From an uncultured Acidimicrobiales bacterium (GTDB lineage: Bacteria; Actinomycetota; Acidimicrobiia; Acidimicrobiales; Ilumatobacteraceae): 64,000 nt of DNA. This document shows, piece by piece, positions 33,822 to 49,021 of this stretch. The notes beneath the pieces were generated by a model that searched no databases, was not told the DNA's origin, and saw nothing but the letters and a program-made list of their open reading frames with translations. Within the stretch, counting starts at the first letter, position 1. Each line of letters starts with the position of its first letter. Both the position numbers and the translations under genes were made by a program. The stretch covers positions 37,455 through 101,454 of the forward strand of contig CAWCFL010000016.1 in assembly GCA_963794805.1 (NCBI GenBank), written 5' to 3'.

Positions 33822-34978
33822 GTGGTCGGTGCTGCGCTCGTCGTGCGTCTGTTCGACGAGTGGTGGTCGTACCTGCCCGCCGGCGTCGTCGGTGACCTGC
33901 ACCACGACCTCGGCATCAGCTATGCCGGCGCGGGGTGGCTGCTCGCGCTGCTGACCCTCGGCGCCGTGGTCGGCAGCCCGCTGGCCCTGCTCGCCGACCA
34001 CGTCGCCCGGCGGCCGCTCGCGGTGCTCGGCGCGGTGCTCGTCGCCGGGTGCCTCGGTGCGTATGCGCTGGCCGCGCCGTTCTGGGTGCTGGCCGTGGCG
34101 AGTGCGACGGTCGGCACCGGGAGCGATCTGCTGGTCCATGCAGTAGAGGCCGCGCTGAGCGAGGACGACGAGCACGCGCCTCGACCGCACGGTGGCACTG
34201 CAGCATGCCTTGTCGACGATCGGCGACCTCGCCGGCCCGGCGCTGCTGGCGCTCGGTGCGGCGACGGCGTTCGGCTGGCAGGGCGCGTTCGCCGTCACCG
34301 CCGCGGCGATGGTCGGGTACGCCGCGTACCTGTGGACGGTGCCGTTCGCCGCGCCGGTGGACGCCGCCGCACGGCTGGCGGGACGTGGCCACCGACGCGG
34401 TGGCGATCGCCCGCCGGCGCGACGTGTGGCGGCTGGCCGCGATCGAGATGCTCATCGCCCCGCTGGACGAGCCGTTCCTGGCGTTCGTCATCGCCCGCGC
34501 CGCTGCGTCGGGCGGGCGCGCCGCGGTGACAGCCCAGGCATTGGCCATCTCGGCGATGGTCGGTGGTGTCGGCGGGTCCCTGGCCGTCGCCCGGTCGGGC
34601 GTGTCACGGGCGGTGCTGCACGTCGGCTACGGGGCGATGGTCGTCGGCACGCTGGCGGTGGTCGCCGTCCCGTCGCTGCCGGGGACGGCCGCCGGTGTGA
34701 CGGCCGTCGGTGTCGGCATGGCGATCATCTGGTCCGATCTGCACGTGCGCACGCTGCGCACCGTGCCGGGCAGGTCGGCCACGGTGAGCATCGTCGTCGG
34801 CACCCTCGGTTCGGCTGCGGCGACCGTGCCGATCCTCGTCGGCGTGCTGGCTGACGGCATCGGGCTGACCGCCGGCCTGGCCGTCTACGTCGGCGTCGCC
34901 GTGCTGCTGGCCGTGGTCGGACGGCCGGGGCGCGCCGAGGCGCCGGCATTCCCGGACCTCGCCGATGACAGTCGCTAA
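33822..34978 (+). CDS. MFS transporter, frameshifts ~34190 and ~34390
   Basis: 12-TM-like hydrophobic protein spread over ORFs 33822..34529, 34192..34854 and 33935..34978. Confidence 0.6.
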
Positions 34979-35471
34979 CGTCGCCCCGATGCGTGGGATC
35001 CGCCGGCTGGCGCTGCTGCTGGTGCTCTCCGCCGTGGCGATCGTGGCCATCCGACGGCGTCGCCCGACCCTCACCGGCCAGCCGCCGCAATGGCCACCGC
35101 TGGATGTCGGACGCAGCGCTCCCGGTCCGGCGGAGTCCGAATCCGCCGCGCTGATCGAGCTCATCACCGTCGAGGCGATCGACGCCGGGGTGGTCGATGT
35201 CGTGGAACTGGTCGAGGTCGACGGCGCGCCGGTTGCGCTGATCGAGGTCGTCGAGCCGGTCGAGATGATGGAAGGCCTCGATGACGCCGCCCGGCTGTGG
35301 GCCAGCCCGGTGGACGGCGCGTGTCCGGTGGAGTTCCCGGTGAAGGCCAACGCCTCGTCGGGCATCTTCCACGTCCCCGGTGGACGCTCCTATGCTCGCA
35401 CCAAGCCGGAGCGGTGCTATGCCACACCGGAGGACGCCGAGGCGGACGGGTTCCGTCGGGCCAAGCTGTGA
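34965..35471 (+). CDS. Hypothetical N-terminally anchored protein with C-terminal [33 protein letters not shown] motif (sunset/excalibur-like small domain)
   Basis: 168 aa with a TM/signal segment [15 protein letters not shown], an acidic repeat-like middle region, and a conserved C-terminal motif. Confidence 0.5.
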   Translation: MTVANVAPMRGIRRLALLLVLSAVAIVAIRRRRPTLTGQPPQWPPLDVGRSAPGPAESESAALIELITVEAIDAGVVDVVELVEVDGAPVALIEVVEPVEMMEGLDDAARLWASPVDGACPVEFPVKANASSGIFHVPGGRSYARTKPERCYATPEDAEADGFRRAKL

Positions 35472-35494
35472 GCCGAGACCCCGAGAGGGGAACG

Positions 35495-35686
35495 ATGAAG
35501 GTCGTGGTCGATTTCGACGTGTGCGCATCCACCGGATCGTGCATGCAAGTGTGCCCGGAGGTCTTCGAGGTCCGCAGCGACGGCTACCTGTACATCCTCC
35601 AGGAGGAGCCGGCGGCGGAACTGCACGACAAGGTGCGCGAGGCCGCCGACCTGTGCCCCACCGCGGCGATCACCCTGGAGGAGTGA
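35495..35686 (+). CDS. Ferredoxin (single-cluster 3Fe-4S/4Fe-4S type, 63 aa)
   Basis: [26 protein letters not shown]...[12 protein letters not shown]. Confidence 0.8.
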   Translation: MKVVVDFDVCASTGSCMQVCPEVFEVRSDGYLYILQEEPAAELHDKVREAADLCPTAAITLEE

Positions 35687-35702
35687 CCACGCCCGTGGGC
35701 AT

Positions 35703-36519
35703 GCACGAGCAGTTGCGCCGCGGCTGGACCGCATCTGGCTCGATGCTGTGCGTCGGCCTGGACCCGGACCCGCAGCGGCTGCCGTCCGTGCTCGAGGGCG
35801 ACGACGACGCCGTGTTCCGCTTCTGCCGCGACATCGTCGATGCCACGGCGGATCTGGTGTGCGCGTTCAAGCCGCAGTTCGCCCACTTCGCCGCGCAGCG
35901 CGCCGAACCTGCGTTGGAGCGGGTGTGCCGCTACGTCCGTGAGACGTATCCCGACGTGCTCGTGCTCCTCGACGCCAAGCGCGGCGACATCGGCTCGACC
36001 GCCGAGCACTACGCGACGGAGGCGTTCGTCCGCTATGGCGCCCACGCCGTCACGGTGAACCCGTACCTCGGCTTCGACGCGGTCGAGCCGTTCCTGCGCC
36101 ATGACGGGCACGGGATCTTCGTGCTGTGCCGCACGTCCAACCCGGGCGGCGGCGACCTGCAGGACCTCGTCGTCGACGGTCGGCCCCTCTATCAGCGCGT
36201 TGCCGCGCTCGTGGCCGACGAGTGGTCACGCCGTGGCGAGTGCGGCCTCGTCGTCGGCGCCACGTGGCCGGGCGAGCTGGCCGAGGTGCGTGGCCTCGTC
36301 GGCGACCTGCCCATCCTCCTGCCCGGCATCGGTGCACAGGGCGGCGACGTCGCCGCGTCCGTCGCCGCCGGCACCACCGCCGACGGCTTCGGCATGGCGA
36401 TGAGCTCGTCGCGGGCGATCCTGCACGCCAGCAGCGGACCCGACTTCGCCGAGGCGGCCAGGGTCGAGGCACTGCGGACGGTCACGGCGATCAAGGCCGC
36501 CGCCCAGCCTGTCGGCTGA
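35703..36519 (+). CDS. pyrF: Orotidine 5'-phosphate decarboxylase (type 2, long form)
   Basis: LCVGLDPDP...FKPQFAHF...[17 protein letters not shown]...LPGIGAQGG. An alternative GTG start at 35685 overlaps the ferredoxin stop. Confidence 0.7.
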
Positions 36520-36605
36520 CGCACGCGTCGCCGCGAGCGGCGAGCAGGTCGTCGGCAGCGAGTGCTCAGGCAGCGCGCACGTTGCGCTGACCGATTGCGC
36601 CGCGC

Positions 36606-36975
36606 AGGCCGACGCAGCCGACGCACCCGATGCAGCCGACGCAGTCGACGCACGCCACGCAGGCGACGCACCGCCGGCAGCGCAGGCACAACAGGGTGGC
36701 GACGCAACCGCGGATGCCTGCGCCGAGCACGGTGAGCACGCTGCCGGCCACCGCCGCACTCCCGGTGGTGGCGATGCTCCCGGCGACGGCGACCGAGCCG
36801 GACGTGGCGACGCTGCCGGCCACCGCGGCGGACCCGGCGGTGGCGACGCTGCCGGCCACCGCGACCGAACCGGCGGTCGACACGCTGCCGGCGACGGCGA
36901 CCGAGCCGGACGTGGCCACGCTGCCGGCGACGGCTGCGCTCGTCGACGTGCTGCGGCTGCCGGCGACGGCCACGC
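36606..36975. repeat. Tandem repeat locus: ~8 x 9-bp (GACGCAGCC-like, 36610..36680) and ~6.5 x 36-bp (ACGCTGCCGGCCACCGCGACCGAACCGGCGGTGGCG-like, 36737..36975)
   Basis: Read directly from sequence. The repeats lie in a 650-bp convergent spacer between pyrF and serA. They generate low-complexity ORFs on both strands: minus 36566..37147 (GSVAVAGSVATAGS)n-(CV)n, and plus 36630..37484 (TLPATATEPDVA)n. Confidence 0.75.
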
Positions 36976-37171
36976 CCGAGCACCGAGCGGGGTCGACGTC
37001 ATCACCCGCGTCCACGTCGTCGCCGCCACGGCCGCCGCGGTCCGGGCGACGGAGGTGGCGGGCGGAGGTGGCGCCGACGATCGTCGTACTGCTGGGATCC
37101 GTTCGTCGATGTCGGCCGGTGATCCGCACCGCGCCAGCTTCGCGCAACGATGCGGGTCGGCGTGGCGGCGC

Positions 37172-38728
37172 TCAGCCGTCGAGGCGATCCACCGAGATGA
37201 TCCCGGCAGCGGCCCGAAGCCTGGCGAGCACCTCGTCGGGCACGGCGGCGGTGGGAGCGATGAGCATCACCGCGGTGCCACTGACCTGTGCCCGCCCGAC
37301 GTCCATGTCGGCGATGTTGACCCCGGCATCGCCGAGCGTGGTGCCGACCAGGCCGATGACGCCGGGGCGGTCGTCGTTCTTGACCATCAGCATGTTGTCG
37401 CTCGGGGGCACGTCGACGTGGTGCTCGTCGATCACCACGAGGCGCTGCTCGCTGCGCCGGCCGACGAGCGTGCCCGACAGCTGACGCTCGCCGCCACGGA
37501 GGGTGACGAGGTTGACGAAGTCCGGCGAGGACGCTGAGCTGGACTCGCGCACCTCGATGCCGCGGTCACGGGCCAGCTGCGGTGCGTTGACGTACGTGAC
37601 GGTCTCGTCGCTCGACGCGCCGAAGAAGCCCTTGAGCGCGGCGAGCGTGAGGATGCGCGTGTCGTAGCCGGCGATGTCGCCCTCGGCGACGACCTCGAGC
37701 TCCGCGGGCGCCGGCGCCAACGAGGCGAACAGCCGGCCGAGACGCTCGGCCAAGGGGAGGAACGGGCGCAGCGTCTCGTTGGCCTCCGCCGCGTTGACGT
37801 TGACGGCGAAGGGCACGAACTCGCCGGCGAGCGCCAGCTGGACCATGTCGGCGATCGTGTCGCCTGCCTTGTCCTGCGCCTCGCGCGTGGACGCGCCGAG
37901 GTGCGGTGTGACGACCACGCTGTCCAGCTCGAACAACGGCGACACGGTGGTCGGCTCGGTGACGAACACGTCGAGCGCCGCGCCGGCGATCACCCCGTCG
38001 CGCACGGCGTCGGCCAGATCCTGCTCGACGACGATGCCGCCGCGGGCGACGTTGATCACGCGCAACGAGGGCTTGGCCTTGAGCAACAGGTCGCGGTTGA
38101 TCAGCCCGGTGGTCTCGCGGTTCTTCGGCAGGTGCACGGTGAGGAAGTCGGCCTCGGCCACGGCCTGGTCGAGCGAGACCAGTTCGACGCCCATCTGCCG
38201 GGCGCGGTCGGCCGCGACGAACGGGTCGTAGGCGATGATCTGCATGCCGAACGCCTTGGCCCGGTCGGCGACGAGCTTGCCGATCCGCCCGAGGCCGATC
38301 ACGGCGAGCACCTTGTCGGCCAGCTCGACGCCCTCCCAGCGACTGCGCTCCCAGCGCCCGGCCACGAGCGCGGCGTGCGCCTGTGGCACGTTGCGCGCCT
38401 GGGCCAGCAGCAGCGCCATGGTGTGCTCGGCGGCGGAGATGATGTTGCTCTGCGGCGCGTTGACGACCATCACGCCACGGCGGGTTGCCGCATCGACGTC
38501 GACGTTGTCCAGGCCGATGCCGGCGCGACCGACCACCATCAGGTCGTGACCGGCCTCGAGCACCTCGGCGGTGACCTGGGTGGCGGAACGGATGATCAGT
38601 GCGTGGGCGCCGACGACCGACGTGAGCAGTTTCGACAGGTCGAGCTGCACGTCGACCTCGTGGCCGGCGGCGCGGAGGCGGTCGAGGCCACCTTCGGCGA
38701 TCTCTTCGGTGACCAGGATGCGCGCCAT
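37172..38728 (-). CDS. serA: D-3-phosphoglycerate dehydrogenase (long form with ASB and ACT domains)
   Basis: MARILVTEEI... start. NAD-binding GLGRIGKLVA motif and catalytic R/H/E residues. C-terminal ASB plus ACT domains. The ORF track start at 38827 is an upstream extension. Confidence 0.85.
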   Translation of the reverse strand: MARILVTEEIAEGGLDRLRAAGHEVDVQLDLSKLLTSVVGAHALIIRSATQVTAEVLEAGHDLMVVGRAGIGLDNVDVDAATRRGVMVVNAPQSNIISAAEHTMALLLAQARNVPQAHAALVAGRWERSRWEGVELADKVLAVIGLGRIGKLVADRAKAFGMQIIAYDPFVAADRARQMGVELVSLDQAVAEADFLTVHLPKNRETTGLINRDLLLKAKPSLRVINVARGGIVVEQDLADAVRDGVIAGAALDVFVTEPTTVSPLFELDSVVVTPHLGASTREAQDKAGDTIADMVQLALAGEFVPFAVNVNAAEANETLRPFLPLAERLGRLFASLAPAPAELEVVAEGDIAGYDTRILTLAALKGFFGASSDETVTYVNAPQLARDRGIEVRESSSASSPDFVNLVTLRGGERQLSGTLVGRRSEQRLVVIDEHHVDVPPSDNMLMVKNDDRPGVIGLVGTTLGDAGVNIADMDVGRAQVSGTAVMLIAPTAAVPDEVLARLRAAAGIISVDRLDG

Positions 38729-38856
38729 CGGTGCCCCATCGTTACCGCCGTGCCGGGGCCGACCCACGCGAGTTGACGCATTGTTCACGGCCGGCGCGCC
38801 GGTCGGGCGGCGGGGCACGGTCATCATCGGGAACGCTGCGCTACGTTGAACGGCCT

Positions 38857-39270
38857 ATGCCGTACCAGTTCCTGACGCAAGAGTGGATCGACGCCGCGAG
38901 GGCGATCCGCGACAAGTACGCCGCCGAGTCGGCCAAGGTGACGCACCAGCATCAGGATGAACCAGGTGATCACCGACGCGCCGTTCGGCGAGGGCGACGG
39001 TGAAGACCTACCTCGACACGTCGAGCGGCGACGTGGTGATGGAGCTCGGCGAGCTGGACACCCCCGACCTCACCGTGACCACCGACTACGCCACGGCACA
39101 CAAGATCTTCGTCGAGCAGGACGCCGCGGCCGGGATGCAGGCGTTCATGAGCCGGCAAGATCAAGGTGCAGGGCGACATGATGAAGATGATGGCGATGCA
39201 GACGGCGATGCCCCAGGACGAGACGGCCAAGAAGATCGCCGGCGAGATCAAGGACATCACCGTCGCCTGA
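38857..39270 (+). CDS. SCP2 sterol-carrier-like domain protein (~135 aa), two frameshifts
   Basis: MPYQFLTQEWIDAARAIRDKYAAE...MNQVITDAPFGEGDG...KTYLDTSSGDVVMELGE...AHKIFVEQDAAAGMQAFMSGKIKVQGDMMKMMAMQ. Confidence 0.55.
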
Positions 39271-39291
39271 CGGCGCGTCGGCGCCGCCCGG

Positions 39292-39690
39292 CGGTTCCGC
39301 TGCTCAGTCGGCGACCCAGCGCGCCGCCTGGTCGTAGTCCTCGTTGGCGAACGTGCGCACGTCGCCGTGCAGCATCCACTTCAACAGGTTCAGCGCGTGA
39401 CGGATCGTCGTGGTCGTCGGTGACCACCGCGCCCTTGTGGAACTTGGTGTGGCGGATCTCGCCGGTCAGCTCGCCCCAGGCGCCGTCGCCGAAGCCGGTG
39501 AACTCCGGGCCGAGGAACAACAGCAGGCGCAGCCGCTCGTGGTCGGCGACGACCTTGTCGAGCGCCGGCTCGACGCGGTCGTGAAGTCGTCGATGGTGAA
39601 CTGGCCGGTGGCGCTCATGCCCACCACGCCGGCGCCGAGGTCGTCGATCGTCTGGATCACCGGCGCATGGTAGGCAGTCGTCTCAGCTCG
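39292..39690 (-). CDS. SpoIIAA-like/STAS-fold protein (DUF3478-like), frameshifted
   Basis: ...GQFTIDDFTT...RLRLLLFLGPEFTGFGDGAWGELTGEIRHTKFHKGAVV...IRHALNLLKWMLHGDVRTFANEDYDQAARWVAD. Confidence 0.45.
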
Positions 39691-39699
39691 GCCAGGTGA

Positions 39700-40567
39700 T
39701 CCGCACCGGGTAGCTGCCGGCTTCGACCAGCGCCGCGCACCACGGATCGAACAGCTCGAAGAGGGCGCTCGGCGTCGTCGCCGAGCGAGCGCACGACGCG
39801 CACCTCCATCTCGTCGGTGGCCACCTCGATCTCCTCGCGCAGGGCGCGACCGGCGGCGGTCAGCTCGTCGCCGTCGAGTAGTCCGCGACTGCGCAGCCGT
39901 TCGATCGCCGCGTCGAGCTCCTCCTCCGTCCATCCCCGGCTGCGCACCCACGACTTCAGCGGCTGGCCGCGCCACGGGTCGGTGAGCACACCGATCTCGC
40001 AGGCGTCGAGGTCGGCACCGATCCACGCGGCGATGTGGCTGTCGCCGCGGTGCTCGCGCACCAGGTCGGCGGCCCGCCAGAACGCACCCATCGGGTCGTC
40101 GGGGTAGCCGAGCGAGAGCAGCCCGGAGAACAGCGCCCGCCCCTCGCCCCGCGGCGTGCTCGACCATCCGCTGGAGCACGCCGGTGGCCCAGGCCAGCCC
40201 ATCGGGCTCGGCACCGAGCACACGCTCGAGCATCGCCACCTGCCCGCGCTGGCGCGCCTCGAGGATCGCCTCCTGGTCGGTGATCTGCCAGCCGGCGCTC
40301 ACCGCGCCGACGACCATCGGCCGCTTGAACACACCGAACGCCGAGGCCACGAGGTGCCCGCTGACGTCGGGACCGAGGCACGCGCCACGGCTCGTGAAGT
40401 AGGCGACCATGTCGGGGTACTGGATGCTTGCCGACGGTCCGGCTGGAGCCCTCGAAGCCCAGCGCCTGGTAGTTGCGGTGCGCCTCGGGCGCGAAGTACA
40501 CGCTGGAGGCGACGGGTTCGACCGCGGCCCAGATGCCGCGGGCGACCGCGGAGACGTCGGTCATCAC
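39700..40567 (-). CDS. Conserved hypothetical protein (~280 aa), frameshifted
   Basis: MTDVSAVARGIWAAVEPVASSVYFAPEAHRNYQALGF... continues across three frames (39956..40567, 39466..40410, 39657..40223). No motif recognised. Confidence 0.4.
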
Positions 40568-40585
40568 TGGTCATCGGTGCGGCGC

Positions 40586-41458
40586 TCAGCGCTGCAGCGG
40601 GGCGAGGGCCTTGGTCAGCTCGGGCACCGTCCACTTGGCGTCCTGGTCGACCTGCGGGCCACGCGACCAGCTCTCGATGATCGTGACGTTGCCGCCCTGG
40701 ACGAGGAACGTCTCGCCGTTGAACACGCAGTCGGCGCTCGCCAGGTAGGCGACGAGCGGCGAGATGTTGCCCGGATCCCACTGGTCGAACGCGCCTTCCT
40801 TGGGCTTCATGATGTCCTCGAGGCCCGGTGTGGCCAGCGTCAGGCGGGTGCGTGCCCCCGGGGCGATGGTGTTGCTCTTGACGTTGTAGCGCACCAGCTC
40901 CTTCGCCGCGATCTGGCTGAACGTGGCGATGCCGGTCTTCGCCGCGCCGTAGTTCGCCTGGCCCGGGTTGGAGAACAGGCCGGACGTGCTCGACGTGTGC
41001 ACGAGGTTGCGCGGCTTGGTGACGCCGGCCTTGTGCTGCTCGCGCCAGTAGGCCGCGGCCCACCGGGTGGGGGCGAAGTGGCCCTTGAGGTGGACGGCGA
41101 TGACCGCGTCCCACTCCGCCTCGGTCATGTTGACGATCACCCGGTCGCGCAGGATGCCGGCGTTGTTCACCAGGATGTCGAGGTCGCCGAACGTCTCGAT
41201 CGCCGTGTTGATCAGGTTCTGGGCGCCCTGCCAGTCGGCGACGTTGTCGCCGTTGGCCACGGCCTCGCCGCCGAGCGCCTTGATCTCGTCGACGACCTGC
41301 TGCGCCGGCGTGGCGTCGGCGCCGGTGCCGTCGTTGGTGCCGCCGAGGTCGTTGACCACGATCTTGGCGCCCTCGCCGGCGAAGAACAGCGCGTGCTCGC
41401 GACCGATGCCGCGACCCGCTCCGGTGATGATGGCGACCCGACCGTCCAATGACCCCAT
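40586..41458 (-). CDS. Short-chain dehydrogenase/reductase (SDR) family oxidoreductase
   Basis: AGGAGG RBS. MGSLDGRVAIITGAGRGIG..., NNAG, and catalytic S...YxxxK (NYGAAKTGI). Confidence 0.85.
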   Translation of the reverse strand: MGSLDGRVAIITGAGRGIGREHALFFAGEGAKIVVNDLGGTNDGTGADATPAQQVVDEIKALGGEAVANGDNVADWQGAQNLINTAIETFGDLDILVNNAGILRDRVIVNMTEAEWDAVIAVHLKGHFAPTRWAAAYWREQHKAGVTKPRNLVHTSSTSGLFSNPGQANYGAAKTGIATFSQIAAKELVRYNVKSNTIAPGARTRLTLATPGLEDIMKPKEGAFDQWDPGNISPLVAYLASADCVFNGETFLVQGGNVTIIESWSRGPQVDQDAKWTVPELTKALAPLQR

Positions 41459-41517
41459 GGACACACCTCCTCGTGCGTGGGCGCACGTTACGCACGCGGC
41501 CCGCGGCGCGCCGAATT

Positions 41518-44205
41518 TCAGGTGAGGGCGAGGTCGACGGCCGTGCCCCGCCGCAGCGTCTGCCCGGGTGTCACGGCCGCGCCGTTGACCGTCGCCGCGG
41601 TGACCACGCCGGCGGCGTTGCCGGTGACGGTGCCGACCGACAGCCCGGCGGCGGACAGCGTGTCCTGGGCCTGCTGCAGCGCGAGGTTGGCGACGGCCGG
41701 CATCGGCACGACGTCGGGCCCCTTCGAGACAGACGACGGTGACGGTGCCGCCGCGCGGCACCTGGCTGCCGGCCGCCGGATCCTGGCGCAGGACCGCGCC
41801 GGCGGGCACGCGTGTCGCTGAACTCGTCGGGTCCCTGGGCGTAGACCAGCTGCAGCCCCTCGACCGCCGCCTTGGCAGCGGCGGCCGCCTGCCCGCCGAG
41901 CGACGGCACGGTCCGCGGCGCCGGGCCCGTTGGACAGCACCACCTGGACGGTGGTGCCCGGATCGACCACCGCGCCGGTGGTCAGCTCCGGGATGGCCGG
42001 GCACGCTCCACGACACGCACCACGCCCTGCGGCACGGTCTCGTCGAACGCCGGCGGACCCTGGCTGATCTGCAGCTGCTGGGCCTGCAGCGTCGCCGTTG
42101 CCTGGTCGAGGGTCATGCCGGTGACGTCGGGCAGGCGCGGCGCCGGGCCCTTCGACAGCACCACGCGCACCGTGACGCCCTTGGTGACGGTGTTGCCGGC
42201 GACCAGGTTCGGCTGATCGGGCACGGTCCACGAGACCACCGAGCCGGCCGGGATGGTGTCGTCGAAGACCGCGTCGCCCTGGACGATGTTCAGTCCGAGC
42301 TGGGTCAACGTGTCGGTCGCCTGCTGCAGCGTCATGCCCTTCAGCTCCGGCAGCGTGCGCGGCGCCGGCCCGGTGCTGATCACGATCGTCAGCGTCTTGC
42401 CCTCGTCGAGCTTCGTCCCGGCGACCGGGTCGGTGCGCACGACCATCCCGTTGCCGACGGTCTCGCTGGCCTCCTGCGGCGTCAGCGTGTTCCACCCGAG
42501 CCCGGACACCTCGTTGAGCGCGGCGCCCTGGCTCTTGCCGGCGAGATCGGGGACGGTGTGCGACGACCGTGCGGGTGACGTACCAGGCGACACCGCCGCC
42601 GACGGCGGCGAGCACCAGGATCACCGGGATCAGCCACCACAGCCGGCTGCGGCGGCGGCGGCCGCCGGCCGCGGCAGCGGCTCGTCGTAGAGGACCGGCG
42701 TGCCGGGAGGACGGACACGGCCGGCGCGATCGTCCACCCGTGCCGCCGCGGGCATCACCTGCGTCGGCTCCAGCGGCGCAGCGGCGACGACCGCCGGGAC
42801 GGCCTGCGTCGGCTCCAGCGGCGGCGGCGCGGCGGCGGGCACGGCCTGCGTCGGTTCGAGGACCGGCGGGTCGACCGGCCGCCGCGGCGACCGTCGGATC
42901 GTCGACGGTGGACGGCCCGGCGGTCCGGCGAGTCGAGCGCTGCCGCCGGGCCTGCCGGCGCGGCGAAGCGCGACAGCAACGGCGGCAGGTCCGACCGGCT
43001 GTTCACCGATCGTTGCCTTCGGCCAGGTCGTCGCCCGTCGCCTGCCCCGAGCGCGTCGGCCTCGTCGGGCAGGTCGCCCGCGGCGCGGCACCGCAGCGCC
43101 GTGGCCGGGACGCCGTCTGCGCCGACTGCCGGCGGCGGCGGACGGGCGTCGGGGCGACGTCCGGGGTCGCGGCGACAGGCGGCGGTCGCGGCGACGATCG
43201 CCGCCGCGCCGGCAGCTGCCGCCACCGCGCGCCGCCGCGGCTGCACCGGACGTTCGCGGCGCGACGGGCGCCGGCCGGGCGGGCGAGGCTGGCGCGTCGC
43301 CTCGGCCTCGTCGAGGTCGAACAGCGCCGGCGCCGGGGATCGGGATCGGCGCCGGGCGGGGCAGGCGCTCGGCGGTGCGCACCAGCGCCTGGCCGAACTC
43401 GGCCACCGACGAACGGCCCTCCGGATCGGGTCGCCCGGCGCGCTCGAGCACCGACGGCCAGCGGCCCGAGGTCGGCCGACACCGGGAGCAGCTTGTTCAT
43501 CCGGTTCGACAGCGTCGCCACGGTGGACTCGCCGACGAACGGCACCCGCCCGGTGACGCACTCGAGCATCGTCAGGCACAGCGAGTAGACGTCGCTCTTC
43601 GGGCACGATGCGGTGCGTCGCCGACCGGCGACCTCCGGGGCGACGTACATCGCCCGGTCGTTGCTGACGTGCACCGCGTCGGCCCACAGCACCGGCGCCG
43701 AGCAGCTGACCGAGGCCGACGTCGATCAGCCGCGGCACGCCGTCGGCGCCGAAGACGATGGTCGACGGGCGCACGTCGCCGTGCACGAGACCGGCGCGGT
43801 GGACGACGTCGAGCGCGCGCAGCACGTCGAGGCCGACCGACAGCGTCTGCGACGGCGACAGCGTGCGGCCCCGGTCGAGCACGTCGCGCAGGCTGCCGCC
43901 GGCGAGCTGCTCGACCGTGACGAAGCGGGCCTCGTGCTGGTTCCAGCGGTCGCTGCCCCAGTCGAGGATCTTGGCGAGGTGCGGCTCGTCGAGCGCCGCG
44001 GCCGTGGCCATCGTCTCGTCGAACGCCGCGGCGAACGCCGGCGTCGGCGCAGATGTCGGGGTGGACGACCTTGAGCGACACGACCGTGCTCGGTGCGCTC
44101 GTCGAGGGCGTCGAACACCGCCGCGTCGAGCCCCGAACCGCGGCGCGGACCGAGCCGATAGCGGCCGGCGACGGTCCGCCCGCTGAACTGCTGCTGGCTC
44201 GCCAT
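41518..44205 (-). CDS. Ser/Thr protein kinase with C-terminal PASTA repeats (PknB-like paralogue), multiple frameshifts
   Basis: Kinase N-lobe (MASQQQFSGRTVAGRYRLGPR, 43726..44205), catalytic/activation segments (HRAGLVHGDVRPSTIV, YVAPEVAG, 42755..44011 and 43003..43692), a Pro/Arg-rich linker plus TM segment, and at least 3 PASTA domains (41518..42624 and 41982..42593). Confidence 0.7.
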
Positions 44206-44234
44206 GCGACCCTCGAAGCTACCCGCAGCGGGCG

Positions 44235-44749
44235 ATGCGGCCGATCGCGACGCGGTGGGATTCGGCCCGCGATGCCGGAGAATGGGCGCCCGTGGCGCGC
44301 AAGGTGGACAAACGGCTGGCGATCTGCAGCTTCCTCATCGCCTTCGGGCTGCTCATCGTCGTCGTCGGCGTGCTCCGCGGCGATCACCGGCAAGGCTGCG
44401 GAGAACCTGCCCGCGGCCGATCGAGTCGGTGGAACCGTCGGTCGGGGCGACGAACGTGCCCAACCAGAGCCGGATCTTCGTCGACCTCGTCGCCGGCTAC
44501 ACCGGTGAGCTGATCGTCGACGGGGTGCAGCTGACGACGATCAGCGAGGACGACCTGCGCAACGTCGCAGCCCGGCGAGCAGGCCAAGCCGGCGTTCACC
44601 ACCGTGTACGCCGAGGGCAACGCCACGCTGACGTTCCAGCCGAAGAAGGGCGCGCCGATCGAGACCCTCAGCGGAGGGCCTGCACGAGGTCACGGTGATG
44701 TACTGGAAGCTCACCGAGGACCGCGAACGCGGCACGCACGTTCACCTGG

Positions 44750-44769
<20 letters not shown>
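44235..44769 (+). CDS. Hypothetical membrane protein divergent from the PASTA kinase, frameshifted
   Basis: TM segment LAICSFLIAFGLLIVVVGVL, then ...NQSRIFVDLVAGYTGELIVDGVQLTTISEDDLRNV... / ...TVYAEGNATLTFQPKKGAPIETLS. Confidence 0.4.
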
Positions 44770-48837
<4,068 letters not shown>

Positions 48838-49021
48838 GTGTCTCCCTCCTGTGTCGCTTCGCCATCGTGACATGCGGGCCGCCCGGCCTCCGAAGCGGGA
48901 TCGTTCGGAAGCGGATACGTTGGCCGCGTGCCGCGCGGTTCGACAAATCACTTGGCTGCGTGGTCGGGTGACCACTGACGACGCGTCGGGTGACCACTGA
49001 TCACATGCCGGTCGACGATCG

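Noticed and set aside
36540-37000. Possible CRISPR array suggested by regular 36-bp periodicity
   Set aside because: The units are contiguous tandem repeats with no unique spacers between them, and a second 9-bp periodic block lies adjacent. This is a VNTR/low-complexity coding repeat, not a CRISPR.
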